Assembly: GCF_001194135.2 (NCBI RefSeq)
Contig: NC_068994.1
Span: 50,519,697-50,583,696, forward strand
Direction of reading: 5' to 3'
DNA length: 64,000 nt
Source: Octopus bimaculoides
Lineage: Eukaryota
Positions 38,084-51,499 of this stretch are shown here, one piece after another. A program made the position numbers and the translations under genes. The notes under the pieces are model-generated. The model searched no databases. It was not told the origin of the DNA and was given only the letters and a program-made list of their open reading frames with translations. Every line of letters starts with the position of its first letter. Positions within the stretch are counted from its first letter, which is position 1.

Positions 38084-39493
38084 TTAAATAAATACGTAGC
38101 TAGAAATATCTTTTTTTATTTTACAAATATAATTCAAGCTCATTCGAGAGATGAAATAGTGACAGAAAGATAACGATGGCAAAATAAACCCTACAACAAT
38201 AAAGAGCAAAAATCAATGAAACTATTTTCTTACTTATGCACCAAGTCACATATTTAGTGATGGAAAAATCAGAAAGTAGGCTAAATGCATCATAATATAC
38301 TTGATCAATCATCATCATTTAATGCCTATTTTCTAAGCTGGAATGGGTTGGATTAATACTTCTATATCATCAACTTCAGAAAAGTATGGTTGACTTAGGT
38401 TCAATTTGAACTCAGAACGCAGAGATATAATCCTAAACTGTTACAAGATATTTTGTTTAATGTTTCATCAATTCTGCCACTGCCAGTCATGCGAGATTAG
38501 TTGTATCTTAAACATCTTTTTATATATTGTATGGTCTTTATTTGTTTCCAGTCATCCCACCTCCACCCCACCCAAGCGTCCACTACAAACACCATTATCA
38601 TCATAACCACATATCCACAAATAATCTTACTTTTCTATGCTGGCAATCAAGTTAGATACAATTAGAGAGCAATCAAGCTTCCCATATATGTCTTAATCCT
38701 TTGTCATCTTTCCTACTAAAGTATTCAATGTTTGCAAGTCTGACCTTGTTCCACATGCACTTCTTACCAAGTCATTTTTGATCTAACTCTAATAATGGAG
38801 ATATTCCACTACTAAAAATCATCACGGTTCCACACACACACAAACTCATTCATACAGCTTACATTCTCCAATTACAACACAGTACAGTTATTTTGAAATC
38901 AGTAGACATTTTGTAGGGTTAATTTTCATCTATTGCATACTTTGATGTTGCACTGATAGACTTAAAAACACTGCATTTTAAATTGAGTCACAAGAATTTT
39001 CTAGATGAAATAGTAATGATGAAAGATGCCAGCAGCTAGAGTATATACAGACAGTTTTAAAAGCTATATACACACACAGGCAAACATACATATATTCAAA
39101 CACGCACACACACCAACATACATACAAAACATTCCCTTTGTTCACCAACTTTCAATAGAATCCACTATTACTTACATTCAACAACTTGAATAGAGCAGAT
39201 TATTATTCTAAAGCTATGAATTCCTTCATTCAGTCAAAAGGCATCTAAAGTCATCATTTATTTCATATGCACCAGTTCTCTAGGCTAGACGTACTCTTTA
39301 CTGGCAGAAAAAACATAAAGAATCCTTTGTTCAGACTGGAGATTTTGAAAATGATTTATCAATTTCAGAGTGACCACCTAACCTCTTTCTTACAAGTGTC
39401 ATTTTCTCCATTGGGAAAAATTTCCTCCTGTAAGGTTTTGAATTGTTTTTTAACTGCCTCGTAGGTACCAAACACCCAAAGCCAAATTACTAC

Positions 39494-39496
<3 letters not shown>

Positions 39497-39548
<52 letters not shown>

Positions 39549-39552
39549 GAGA
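39497..39552. repeat. (GA)n microsatellite
   Basis: Read directly. Confidence 0.95.
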
Positions 39553-40007
39553 GCCAAAAAAAAATTAATACTTTGTTATGAAGCTCAAAATTGTGCAGCC
39601 TAAATATAATCACTTTAATAATTTTGGAATAAATTTTCTCAGTTAATTCCATTCAAGACAGCTGGAAAGCCTTTCAGAAACTGTCTAATAAATCTGTTAA
39701 AACTTTATTTTTATTGTCGTTGTTGTTGTTGTTGTTTTCCACTGTTCTATCTACCCACCTCACAAATGGAAAAATGAAGTTAAAATTGAAAAGATTGAAT
39801 TAAATATTTTTAGAATTTCAACAGCAGATATCAAAAAAAAAAAAAAGAAAGAAAGAAAGAAAGAAAGACCAGAACATTTTCAGAATTTTACAAGACAAGA
39901 CAGACATTAAAAACAGTTGCTAATGATTCAGTTCTCTATCATCTCATTATGGAGAAACATTCAATTAGTTTGCAGAATTAATTTACACCAAATTCTTTCA
40001 GCACATT

Positions 40008-40009
<2 letters not shown>

Positions 40010-40098
<89 letters not shown>
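40010..40098. repeat. (TG)n microsatellite, about 44 units
   Basis: Read directly. Confidence 0.97.
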
Positions 40099-40100
<2 letters not shown>

Positions 40101-40857
40101 TTGCTTAAAGTTTCACATGTCTGGCTTATATAAAAAAAAAAAAACACTCCATACATGCTGTAACTCTAGAAGAAACCAACTGATGCACAAATAATTGAAT
40201 CAACAATTTGAAAGAGAAAAAAAAAGATGAAAATGGAAAGGAAAGAGAGACAGACAGACAGACAGAGTGCATATAGAATATTCTTAAACTGTACAATGTT
40301 ACCAATGTGAAAAGACTTTTCAACTAGTTCGATCGTAGAGCTTTCATAACAAAAATTAAATAAAGTTTTGACAACTCAAAATAACAGCTTCCTGAATAGC
40401 AGAAAACCCATGCTAACGGCATTTTTGGAAACCAAAATAAACAAGTATTCATTTATTTAACTGCAGTGATGCCTCATTCACACACATACAAATGGATTTT
40501 GAGAATAACTTTCGTAAAAAAAAAAATTTGAATACGTTCTTGGTTTCCTACGCTCCAAGTTGCTTACTGTGCATTAAGCAGCCAATAAAGTGATATTCAT
40601 TATACCTTATCTGTTTCTTGTTTACTCTATCTTTATCTAAGCAATAACTGCATTAAATGTAAAAGAAAAAAACTTTCTAGACTATGGGAAATTCACAATC
40701 ACAGCGTCTCAAAATCACTACGGTTAATGCTATACCAGAAAGTTTATTGTGCAAGTTACTAATTGTTTTAGAAATTACCCCACTTTGCTGCTGCCAAATT
40801 TAAGAAGTATAATAAATATCAGAGATCCATAATGAGACTAATAAAAACAAACAAACA

Positions 40858-41210
40858 TGGCTGTGTGGTAAGTAGCTTGCTTACCAACCACATGGTTCCG
40901 GGTTCAGTCCCATAGCGTGGCACTTTGGGCAAGTGTCTTCTACTATAACCTCGGGCCAACCAAAGCCTTGTGAGTGGATTTGGTAGACGGAAACTGAAAG
41001 AAGCCTGTCATATATATATATGTGTGTGTATCTTTGTGTCTGTCCCACTTGTTTACACCCCCCACCCAATAACTTAGTGGTCCAGCAAAAGAGACCGATA
41101 GAATAAATACCAAGCTTTAAAAAACAAAAGTACTGGGGTTGATTTATTTGACTAAAGGTTCTTTGAGATGGTGCCCCCAGTATGGCCGCAGTCTAAACAC
41201 TGAAATAAGA
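40858..41210 (+). mobile_element. SINE family A, near full length
   Basis: TGGCTGTGTGGTAAGTAGCTTGCTTACCAACCACATGGTTCCGGGTTCAGTCCC... with tail GGTGCCCCCAGTATGGCCGCAGTC. Confidence 0.88.
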
Positions 41211-44200
41211 TATATGCATGTGCGCGATTGCAGTATAGAGGACACATGTTAACCATTCAGAAACACACAAATTCCATTAACTTCACAAACACTTACTGGT
41301 TGTAATATGGTGTCAAATTTTCATCACTCAAAACCACAACCTGGTCACTGACAAACATGAGCAACGTCTCTACCAAATGTGTGTGTGTGTGGTCATTTTT
41401 ACTGACTTACACTGAGAGAGTTGTATCTGTCAGAGGTTGAAGCAATTGTTTTAACAGTTAGATTACCTCTTTCTACCACTCAACTGTAAAGTAGGAGTGA
41501 AAAACTGCCCCACCTACACACACACACACTCATAATTTCAGGACCATGCAATCATTACAGTGCCATTAATCACAAAGCATTCATTGTTCTCTTGATTATA
41601 TCATGTATAAAAAGAAAGACGTGTGAAAAACTGGAGGGAAAAAACATCATGACTTCTTGTGGTATGAGGAATTTTCCTAGTGTAAAAAAAGTGACATGTG
41701 ACCCAGTTGTTGGTTAGCCACAGGACTATCTTTGAAGGCCAACACAATCAAAGGCATTCCAACAGTAACTATCATGTCTTTTTACTTTTTTTTTGCTTCC
41801 ACCTTTATGTAATGTTACTAGATCTACATTACCAAAAGTGTCTTTACTTTTTTCTTTTTCTGCTTTTAAGATGTCATGAAGTGATTTGAACCAAATTTAG
41901 CTGCTATTTCTAACAAATCAAGTAACCACAGGGATGTTCCCTTGTCTGCTTTGGATGACCAGAAGGAATATTGGAATGTTACTTTTATGACAGCAATTGT
42001 CTCCATCCATTTCCATACCCCAAGAATTTGTAAACTATTTTTGATTTACTTTTCCAATAATGCCCTTGGTATAAAAAAAAAAAGCATCAACATTATAACT
42101 TCCTTTGTGATTCCTCTTCTGAGCACCTCAAGGTTCATAAATATGTAGCTAACATTTAAATTACCCATCATGTAATTGAACCAGATGCCTGGCATACAAA
42201 TAATACAGGAAAGTCTGATTGATAACTTCGTTCTGAAAAGGTTAAACAGTTTTGTGAATATAAAAATTACTTTTAAATATTTGAAAAAAAAAATTTATTT
42301 AGATGGTAAAAAAAGAAATGATAAAAGGTTAAATAAATTGAGATTTAAAAAAAAAATTGCACAAAGCTATTTTGAACAAGATACTTTAGAGAATAAATTG
42401 ATTCAAATAATTTAAAATAAATTGATTCAAATAATTTTTAAGTAAATTATAAAAATAATTCACAAAGAAATTTGAACAAATTAAAAAATAAATCATGGCA
42501 AGTTTTAATCACTTAATGTGTTAATTACCTCCATACTTCCTACATAAAATAAAAACCTTATGAAGAGTATAAAAAAAAACTAGATAAGTACTATGAAGAA
42601 TATTGAAAGAATAATTCTTTTGATTTTCTTCATTATTAACCAATAATCAACTAATCAACAAATTTATTAATATCCTATTAAGTTTAAAATGCATCCAAGC
42701 ACACATGGCTGTACTTCAATCTGGAGCCCAAGGCATTTTAAAGAGTAGAATCTACCTTGCTCCATTCCAATATTATTCTAATTCCCTAGACAGCTGGCAT
42801 CTGGAACCAAAAGTACCTTAATACATGGTTAACAATATTAGAAAAGAAAAAGTGTTTATCTAGATACTATCCTTGGCTCTAATATATACCTTCAACAATA
42901 TGAGCCAATGAGAACTTTCATACGAGGCTGTTTAACCCTAGGTCAGTCCTTACTGAGTAATCAAATTAGTAAAGACATTTTATCCATAGCCACCTCTTTT
43001 CTGTATCTCAATCTCCATTTGTGACAAGTTCATTTTGAGATAGCAGAGTGTTATTTACAGGAGGGGAGTGGTGTCTTGCTACTTTTAAAAGGCCAAATAA
43101 TGATGTAGAGGCATCATCGGTGATTCAACCATCCTCCAGCTCAACCTGCATGAAATAGCAGCCAAGAAATATACTTTGATTGAAAATAGATAGGATGGTC
43201 ATGGCTGGAACATCTTTGATCATGAGCCTGCTATACCAGTGCTGCCAAGAATCTAACCAGAAACAAGTGCCACTAACCTGAGTTTATAAGACCCTTGGTT
43301 CACATATTACCAACAACACTGCTTTGTGCTCCTCATAAAGGAGCATTTTGGCTGCTTGGATTCAACAGTTTAAAAATAGAACTTGTGTACTTAGCACTGG
43401 ACATCTTTGTTTAACCAATTCTTCACACACTACCATTTACTTGAATTAATTTTGAAAATAATGAAAAATTTAGTGAAACACTTTTTTGTCTTAATTAATC
43501 CTTTAGTATTCAAACAGGTCAAAATATTCTACCTGTTTTATCTCCAAACTGGCCAGATCTACCCTCTCACACTTCCTTTATAATATTATTCTAAAAATAA
43601 CAACCACATAACTGAAATCTCAAAGCTATAAGGTAATGCTTGACTAATTCAAATTAATGTAAATAAATAACATAGCATTTCACAGGGAAATCTGAATGTT
43701 AAAGAGTTAAACTGGCGCTTCGAACAAACAAATGTGAAATTTTAATGGAATGTTTCAATTTAGATCACTTTAATGAAAGCAGTTCCAATCAAAAAATCTG
43801 GGACAGTTTCAGACTATCCTTTGACTAAAAAAGGGTAAAGACCCCCTTCGATTATGAATGACCATGGGATTGCACCTAGAGTGTTACCCTCTCTAGGTGC
43901 AAACAAGTAAATTGCAAGCTACCAGACTGTGCTACAATATGCTGCATATTGGCCTTAATGTCACAAGTTCTCCAACACAATAGATGAATAAATAAAAACA
44001 AGGTAAAATATCACACTTACTCAAGTACAAAATCCCTTTCCAAATGACGAATGGATAGATATCGAATACAGAAAAAGACATCTTTAGCAAGCAAGCTTTG
44101 TACAGCGTAATTAACACACCCTTATAAATAAATAGGTAGAGAGACAGAGAGAGAGCGAGAGAGAGAGATAGAGAAAGAGAGAGACAGACAGACAGGCTGA

Positions 44201-46069
44201 GTGAGGAAGAAAGGGGAGTGGTAAAAAAACAAAGGTCAAAGCAAATCGGAAATTGACTATTTTGCGCTAAACAGAAGATCACACGATTGTTAAACATTCT
44301 TAATTATTTTGAACGTAGGTACAGTCACAACTCAAGGACAAAGTGGCAAAAGAAGAATAGGGGGGAAAAAAAAAAAGAAGATATACACATACACCTTCTG
44401 CAGGAAATACTAAATAGATAGCTGAAGGCTGAGAATAGCCCATCAAACTAAATGACCGACAACTGACCACTGTTCAGAATCACTAGTAATTTACATGCCA
44501 AAAGTGTCTTTGGATTGTAACAACTCTAATAATAAGTTGGAGCAACCAAAGGGTACTTTGTTCATGTAATTAATCCCCTATCACTGCAGACTGGATTTCT
44601 AGTTTACTCTTTGGGTGCCATATTATATTATTACATACACAAACAGAGAAAGAGAAGTAGGGTGACAGTGATTATGTGTCCTTAAAGGTGTATGTATGCA
44701 AGAGAGAGAGAGAGCATGGGTGTATTTTCATGGTGACACATGTACTAGCATCTGGCCAAGCTTGCCCAGATTTGCCTGACTTGATCATGTCATCATGATC
44801 CCATACAGCAATGAGATGGGCACCAGGGTATTGTCGCATATTTGTACAGAGCTGTTCGATGAAGGTATATGTACTACAGACACGCAATATCTTAAGAGGC
44901 ATTAAAAAATAAAAAATAAAATGTCAGGTTTTAACTGGGAGACGATAATGAAAAATGAAATATAATGCCATGTGAAAGTATCAGGCTACAATTCTGAAGA
45001 TAAAAGACCAATTTTACAAATATCTTCCTGTATGCCATATGCATTACTGTGCTTGCTAAAAATGTTAAGTACATAGCTCAACTTCAATATGTCAATACTA
45101 CAAAAATATATTCAAATACAGTTAATTTATTTGATGCTGGTGACAATAAGTATTATTACAGTATTCAAATATTGTTATAATTTTTTTTTTACTATAACAA
45201 CAAAAATTTCATTTCGCTTTCAATTTGATAGATATTGATGCTCTAACAAAGAGCAAAGTTTACAAATATTTTGGATAATCTAGGAGTAAGGAACTCTTTT
45301 TTTTCTTTTTTTAAAAATATTTGAAGACTGCACTATATGTAATCTAATAAGTTCCATTATTAAAGAAATTTCTATTAATTGGTGATGAAAATGAGGAATT
45401 GTCAAAATGTAATTATAAACCATCATAAATATTAACTGACCCTTTAATAACTTCGAGAAATCAAGAATACAAGGTTAATAAATATAATACTAAGTAATAA
45501 TACAAAAATGTACATTTTTAATTCAAACTCTAGGCTTTCTCCCAGAAAGCCATATTTGGGTCAGTGTATATCAGTTTGGAGCAAATTGTGGCCCTGCATG
45601 ACTTTCTGAATTGGCATGCCTAACAAAAAATGACATTGAATTCTTTTTTTAATAATGTATGTAGCCTGCCTGATAATGAACCATGTCTCATAAAGCCTAC
45701 TTCTGCAAAAAGGTCACCTATGCCTGATGTATATTAAATTCCATTGACCTGAAGGGCAAGGCCAACTTCAGTGGTATTTAAACTTAGAATGTAAAAGGCC
45801 ATAACTAAACACTTTACAACATTTTGTCAAATGCTCTGACGGTTTTGTTAATCCTGGTCAAGAGCAAATCAAACATTTCTACAGAATTGGGGGAAAATAA
45901 ATAGCCTCACTTTTTTTAATTATATGTTTAATTCTTCATATCCTCAAGACATACAACATGCATACCAGTAATATATAATATATAACTAAGTTGATTCATC
46001 AATATTTGTCTTCTATAAATTCCTAACTATAAATGCCAATGTAAATAAAACAAAAACACAATTACTATT

Positions 46070-46244
46070 CATCATCATCATTGTTTAACGTCTGTTTTCC
46101 ATGCTGGCATGGGTTGGACGGTTTGACTGAGGACTGACGAGCCAGATGGCTGCACCAGGCTCCAATCTGATCTGGCAAGGTTTCTACAGCTGGATGCCCT
46201 TTCTAACACCAACCACTCTGAGAGTGTAGTGGGTGCTTTTTATG
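46070..46244 (-). mobile_element. SINE / LINE-tail family C
   Basis: Close copy of 25970-26168. Confidence 0.85.
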
Positions 46245-47961
46245 GGCAGAGGATCCAACCAAAAAAATCTGCCTCCACAAATTCTGTCTGGCTCATACAA
46301 GCATGGGAAAGTAGATGATAAAATGACAATTGATACACAGACACACACACAAGAAAGAGAGAGACAGACATCATCATTTAACATCTGTTGTTCATGCTGT
46401 CATGGGTTAGACTGGACAAACATTACCTAAAACAATTTTCCAATTATAACCTATTTAAAAAAAAAATGCATGCCCAACAACAGAAATATTACAAGTTTCA
46501 TCAGTTTTGTTTCCAGTTACAGCCATATCTCTTTTCAAAATCAAATTATTTATATAGCAAAGGGCAAATCAACAAACTCTCAATCAGGTTTCACTTAAAA
46601 CAGTAATACTCTATTTCACCTAAGAAGACATGAATTCCAGCCTCTAACTCTCTATATCCATCTACTTCCCTTGTGAACTTAAGGTGTCAGAAATTGATAT
46701 CAGCTTTTGACAGAACAGTACATCATTATTTACACACATATACACCCCCTACTCTGAACACACATTTTCTTCTACCAATCTAAACCAAAATTTCATTTGG
46801 TTGGTTAAAAAATATAGCTTTCACTCACAATGTCTTCATATACTGAAAGAACACACTGTTTGAGCCCCCGAAAGGATTGACTGTTGGAAAAGGAAGATCA
46901 GTGGACAATAGCAGAATGCTATCCTCAAGAGTCTAACAATCAAAAGCAAACACAAAGACCAAGTCTTTAGAGGAACAACAAATGACAATAAAGCAATTCA
47001 TTATTTTGGCACAGAGCCACAGATGTTTTAATCTAAGAGGTATTGTTGGCTAGTACTTGTGCTTTATGAACCAGAGAATGAACTAATACATATATANNNN
47101 NNNNNNNNNNNNNNNNNNNNNNNNNNNNNNNNNNNNNNNNNNNNNNNNNNNNNNNNNNNNNNNNNNNNNNNNNNNNNNNNNNNNNNNNNNNNNNNNNNNN
47201 NNNNNNNNNNNNNNNNNNNNNNNNNNNNNNNNNNNNNNNNNNNNNNNNNNNNNNNNNNNNNNNNNNNNNNNNNNNNNNNNNNNNNNNNNNNNNNNNNNNN
47301 NNNNNNNNNNNNNNNNNNNNNNNNNNNNNNNNNNNNNNNNNNNNNNNNNNNNNNNNNNNNNNNNNNNNNNNNNNNNNNNNNNNNNNNNNNNNNNNNNNNN
47401 NNNNNNNNNNNNNNNNNNNNNNNNNNNNNNNNNNNNNNNNNNNNNNNNNNNNNNNNNNNNNNNNNNNNNNNNNNNNNNNNNNNNNNNNNNNNNNNNNNNN
47501 NNNNNNNNNNNNNNNNNNNNNNNNNNNNNNNNNNNNNNNNNNNNNNNNNNNNNNNNNNNNNNNNNNNNNNNNNNNNNNNNNNNNNNGAAAGATAAATGGA
47601 ATACAAACTAACAACATAAAAGAACACAATGAGGAAGAGGAAAACACTTTATTGTTCCTAACATCCACTGGTGCCAGCAACAATAAGATGATGAAAAACA
47701 GATCCAATCCTAACTGAATAACTGTTTCCTTAATGTGAGCAATTCAGATGAATTCTTTTTTTTAATTTTTTTTTATTTGACTTCACTTTATTTACTTGTA
47801 TGTTTACAGCTGAGTAAGGGACAATAACAGTGGTTAGTTTAATGTTATATATATATATATATATATATCAGCTAAAACAAACTGCCTCTGACTATAGGAG
47901 ATCTTACAGGGATCACTTGAAATCTCTCTGGCACTACACTCCACCTACCTAATCAATACCA

Positions 47962-48224
47962 CGGCATATGGCATAGTGATTAAGAGCGCGGGCTACTAAC
48001 CCCAAGATTCCAAGTTCGATTCCAGGCATGAATAATAATAATAATAACATCGAAAAATACCTTAGGAATGAGAACCCAGGTTCAAAATTTCCCCCAAGAC
48101 ACCTGATGAAGGCTGGAGGGTATATTAGCCGAAATGCTGTGTTAACAACAAACAAGATGGGGACAAATATCCATCTAATGTAAATAATGTATATAATTCC
48201 TCATCTCTTAAATATAAAACTGTA
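47962..48224 (+). mobile_element. tRNA-headed SINE with Penelope-like, hammerhead-bearing 3' part; intact insertion
   Basis: A-box TGGCATAGTGA (47969-47979), anticodon-like arm GGG-CTACTAA-CCC, B-box AGTTCGATTCC (48013-48023), then an (AAT)n linker. 12-bp TSD TAATCAATACCA at 47950-47961 and 48225-48236. Confidence 0.82.
48098..48143 (+). ncRNA. Minimal type-I hammerhead-ribozyme-like motif (degenerate copy)
   Basis: GACAC-CTGATGA-A-GGCTG(GAGGGTATAT)TAGCC-GAAA-TGCT-GTGTT. Helix I GACAC/GTGTT, helix II GGCTG/TAGCC, conserved CUGAUGA and GAAA boxes. The cleavage triplet is non-canonical (C at position 16.1). Confidence 0.6.
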
Positions 48225-50566
48225 TAATCAATACCAGTGGAAAAAATTGAATAATTAAGTCCTACATACAATACAAGCAGGTACATGGATTAATTAGCGA
48301 CGTACTCACTGCCACTGCATGAACTCAGAATCCTTCAGCTGAGAGTACAATATTCTTTCCACTTTACTGCAACTTATCAAGCCTAGAAATGGCTGGATAA
48401 AGGTGAAAAATCCATCTTCATCACCATTAATTTTCTTGAAGAAAGCATGATGCCACAGCTTCATCCAAAATGTGAAACATTATGAAATAGGTCAGCAATG
48501 GTCTTCAACTTGACCTTTAATATATGAAGGTTTATCCAACATAAAATTGTTGCTCTTTATAGAATTAAAGTTTGTGGACCCTGTATGCCATCTTTGACAA
48601 GCTAGAAACAGCAGCGCAATTGATCTATGTCTAGGAATATATCATCCAAAGTAAAAGACAGGATGGTCACGGCCTGAAAAGTCTTTTATAATACGTTTGC
48701 TCAGTTGGAGCTGATCCAAAGCTAAACAATATATAGCATTAAAAAAATAATGCAATCAAACCAAAAGTAGCACCAATTCTAAGAACTGAAACTTTTACTG
48801 AGAAATATCACTACAGAGCTTGATGATGATGAGGCTTTGTATTTCAAAAAATCCAGTTACCATAACCAGTTACAAAATATACCTCCAAAGCCCAGATTGG
48901 CTTTAAGGGCTAGAGTTTACTTCAAATTGATGTTAATAAGTGGATGAAAGACAAATCTCTATCTGGATAAACCAGTGATCTGGTACCTATTCTTAATAGC
49001 TAAGTAAATTGAGGTAGACAGAATTAAATGTACTACATAAATACAAACTGAAGTAGCACCTTCAAAACATCACAGGTGACTCAGTCACACAAAACATCTA
49101 TTTTCTATATCCTAGTCCATGGCGAGACTTGTACTAATTATTATTTGTGAGCTAACAAAGCAGGCATTAATTATAAAGTGCTTCCTGGAACAAGCTTTAC
49201 AATTAAGTGGATTAAGATGACAAGTGTTCCAAGCTATGGATATTGTACAGTAGCTGTAAGGATAGGAAGCAGCAACTGTTTGACCAGCTACCCAATGACC
49301 AAGACCTTCAGTGACTCCCACTGGCTCTCTAAGTATGTCAGCAGCACAAAGGATTTAATGTGTATCAATGTTATCTATGAGATAAGTAATGTCATCTGTT
49401 GGCTACTTTCCGCCAGGAAACTCTGTAAGCAATCATGAGCTCATGCAATTGAAACTTACCATTTTCAAAAGATATTACGAGTGAGTATATTGATATGTTG
49501 ACTAAAAGAGTAGTCATTACTATTTCATTACTACTCAGTCATTGGATCCTTTAGTAAATAGCAAGGCTTCTATTGGTGAGGTATGACCATTTGCACATGT
49601 ACATACAGGGTTAGGAAAGACTGCTTTATCTCTGAAGAAGGCAGGGAGATGCTGATGCATACAAGTTACTCTTCTCCATGCCACCAAAGAGAGAGACTAC
49701 TGATCTATGCCAACATAGCTTAACACCAATGCCATGACAGGCATTGCTATCAGAGCATAAAAAACCAAAACAGATATTATAAGACATCTCTGGCCAACTC
49801 TTTAAAGAGTTTACCAATTCACTGTCCTGGTATTTTTTTTTTTTTATCAACTCTGAAAGGAAGAAAAGCTAAGTTGACCATAGCAGGATTTGAACTAGAA
49901 ATGCAAGGAGCCAGAACAAATAACCTGAGACACACTTTACCAATTCATCAATTGTAACCAAATCACCTAACTAATCACTGTAATGAAAAAAAAAAAAAAA
50001 AAGACGATTTGTCATAGAACAAAAGTTGCAATAAAGTAGCATTTAGCCCTAATTATTTAATAACTTCAAAAGCTTGTCTGTTCCATTAAACCTATATCTA
50101 CAATACAAGGATATCTAAGTTTCATCTCTAACCCAAGGCCAGATAAACTAAATTCTGACAGGAGTTGATTTAATATTACATAATGTTTTACAATTTCTGA
50201 TTGGATAACATGTATGTATAAAAATTATACAGATTTGTTGAGAGCTAACAGCACACACTGGTAATGCCTTCTAAAAACCAAAATTGTTTTCAACCAGTTC
50301 TAACCACAGTCAAAGGAAGAATTGGATGTATTTCTAAAGGAATGTTCCTAGATAAAAAGCGCCCAAGCAATAATAACAGTTTCTAACATTGGCAGAAAAC
50401 CACATGTTAGGAAAGGAGGAATAAGTCAACTAAATCAAATCCAGAACTTGATTGGAACTTAACACAGTAATGATGATGATGATGATGATGATGATGAATT
50501 CTTTATTAAACACAAAGGGTTAACAAAAACAAAGGATGGCACAGGACAAAATATTGAGTGTGTGCA

Positions 50567-50567
50567 T

Positions 50568-50623
<56 letters not shown>
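50567..50623. repeat. (GTA)n microsatellite
   Basis: Read directly. Confidence 0.95.
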
Positions 50624-50624
<1 letters not shown>

Positions 50625-51499
50625 ACAACTACAATAATAAAGCTTCACATTTTTGCACAAGGCCAGCAACGTTTTTGGAGACAGGAGTTAGTTGATACTA
50701 TCAAAGTAAGATTTGACCTCAGCAGGATTTCCATTTCAGACTGTTAAAATGGCAGAGGGCATATTTTTCTGACACTAACAACTCTGCTAGATTACAGCCG
50801 CACATCAACAACAAGGATAATAATGTTACAGTGGCTCCAGGCCACAAATATATAAGGGAGATATAGAGATACGAATAAACCCCTGGTATAATATTGATAC
50901 TGATTTTATTGACCAGAGACAGAAGAAAGGAAAAGTGTATCCAATAGTGATTTGTAGCCATAATGCAAAGGAATAAATACAACTGAATGCTGTAAGGCAT
51001 TTTATCTTGTTATCAACTGATTTTGACAACTATTGCAGCTTTACCAATAATATCTTATTGAACTACGATGCACTTTCTTACCAAGTAATGATTTACTACA
51101 AGAATCATAAAAACTATAAAGTCAACCCTGGCAAAATTTGAACTTGGAAATATTAATTAACAACTCACATTAATTACTTAACTGGTGTTGCATTCTACTC
51201 TGCATTAATATTTTCAGGAACAAAAACAAAAGGAAAATAAAAATAAAAGGTCTCCAGTCAATTTCAAGAGATTAAGTTATGACAGATTAACAAATAAATT
51301 AGTGCAGCTTAGATGAGAAGCACAGTTTGGATTTATGCCAAGTCAGAGTACCCTCCTTCCAGCGAGACAAAATACAAGCAAGCCAAACCACTATAATTAG
51401 TATTTGTGGATCTGGAGGAAAATCTTTGGCAAGATCACTCTGCTCTAAAGCTAAGCGGTCGTTAAAAAAAGTGGGTGGAGATGAATAGTTTGTGAGAAG

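Noticed and set aside
47963-48027. Functional tRNA gene (apparent anticodon ACT)
   Set aside because: No proper acceptor stem, a mismatched T-arm, and it sits inside a TSD-flanked insertion, so it is a SINE head.
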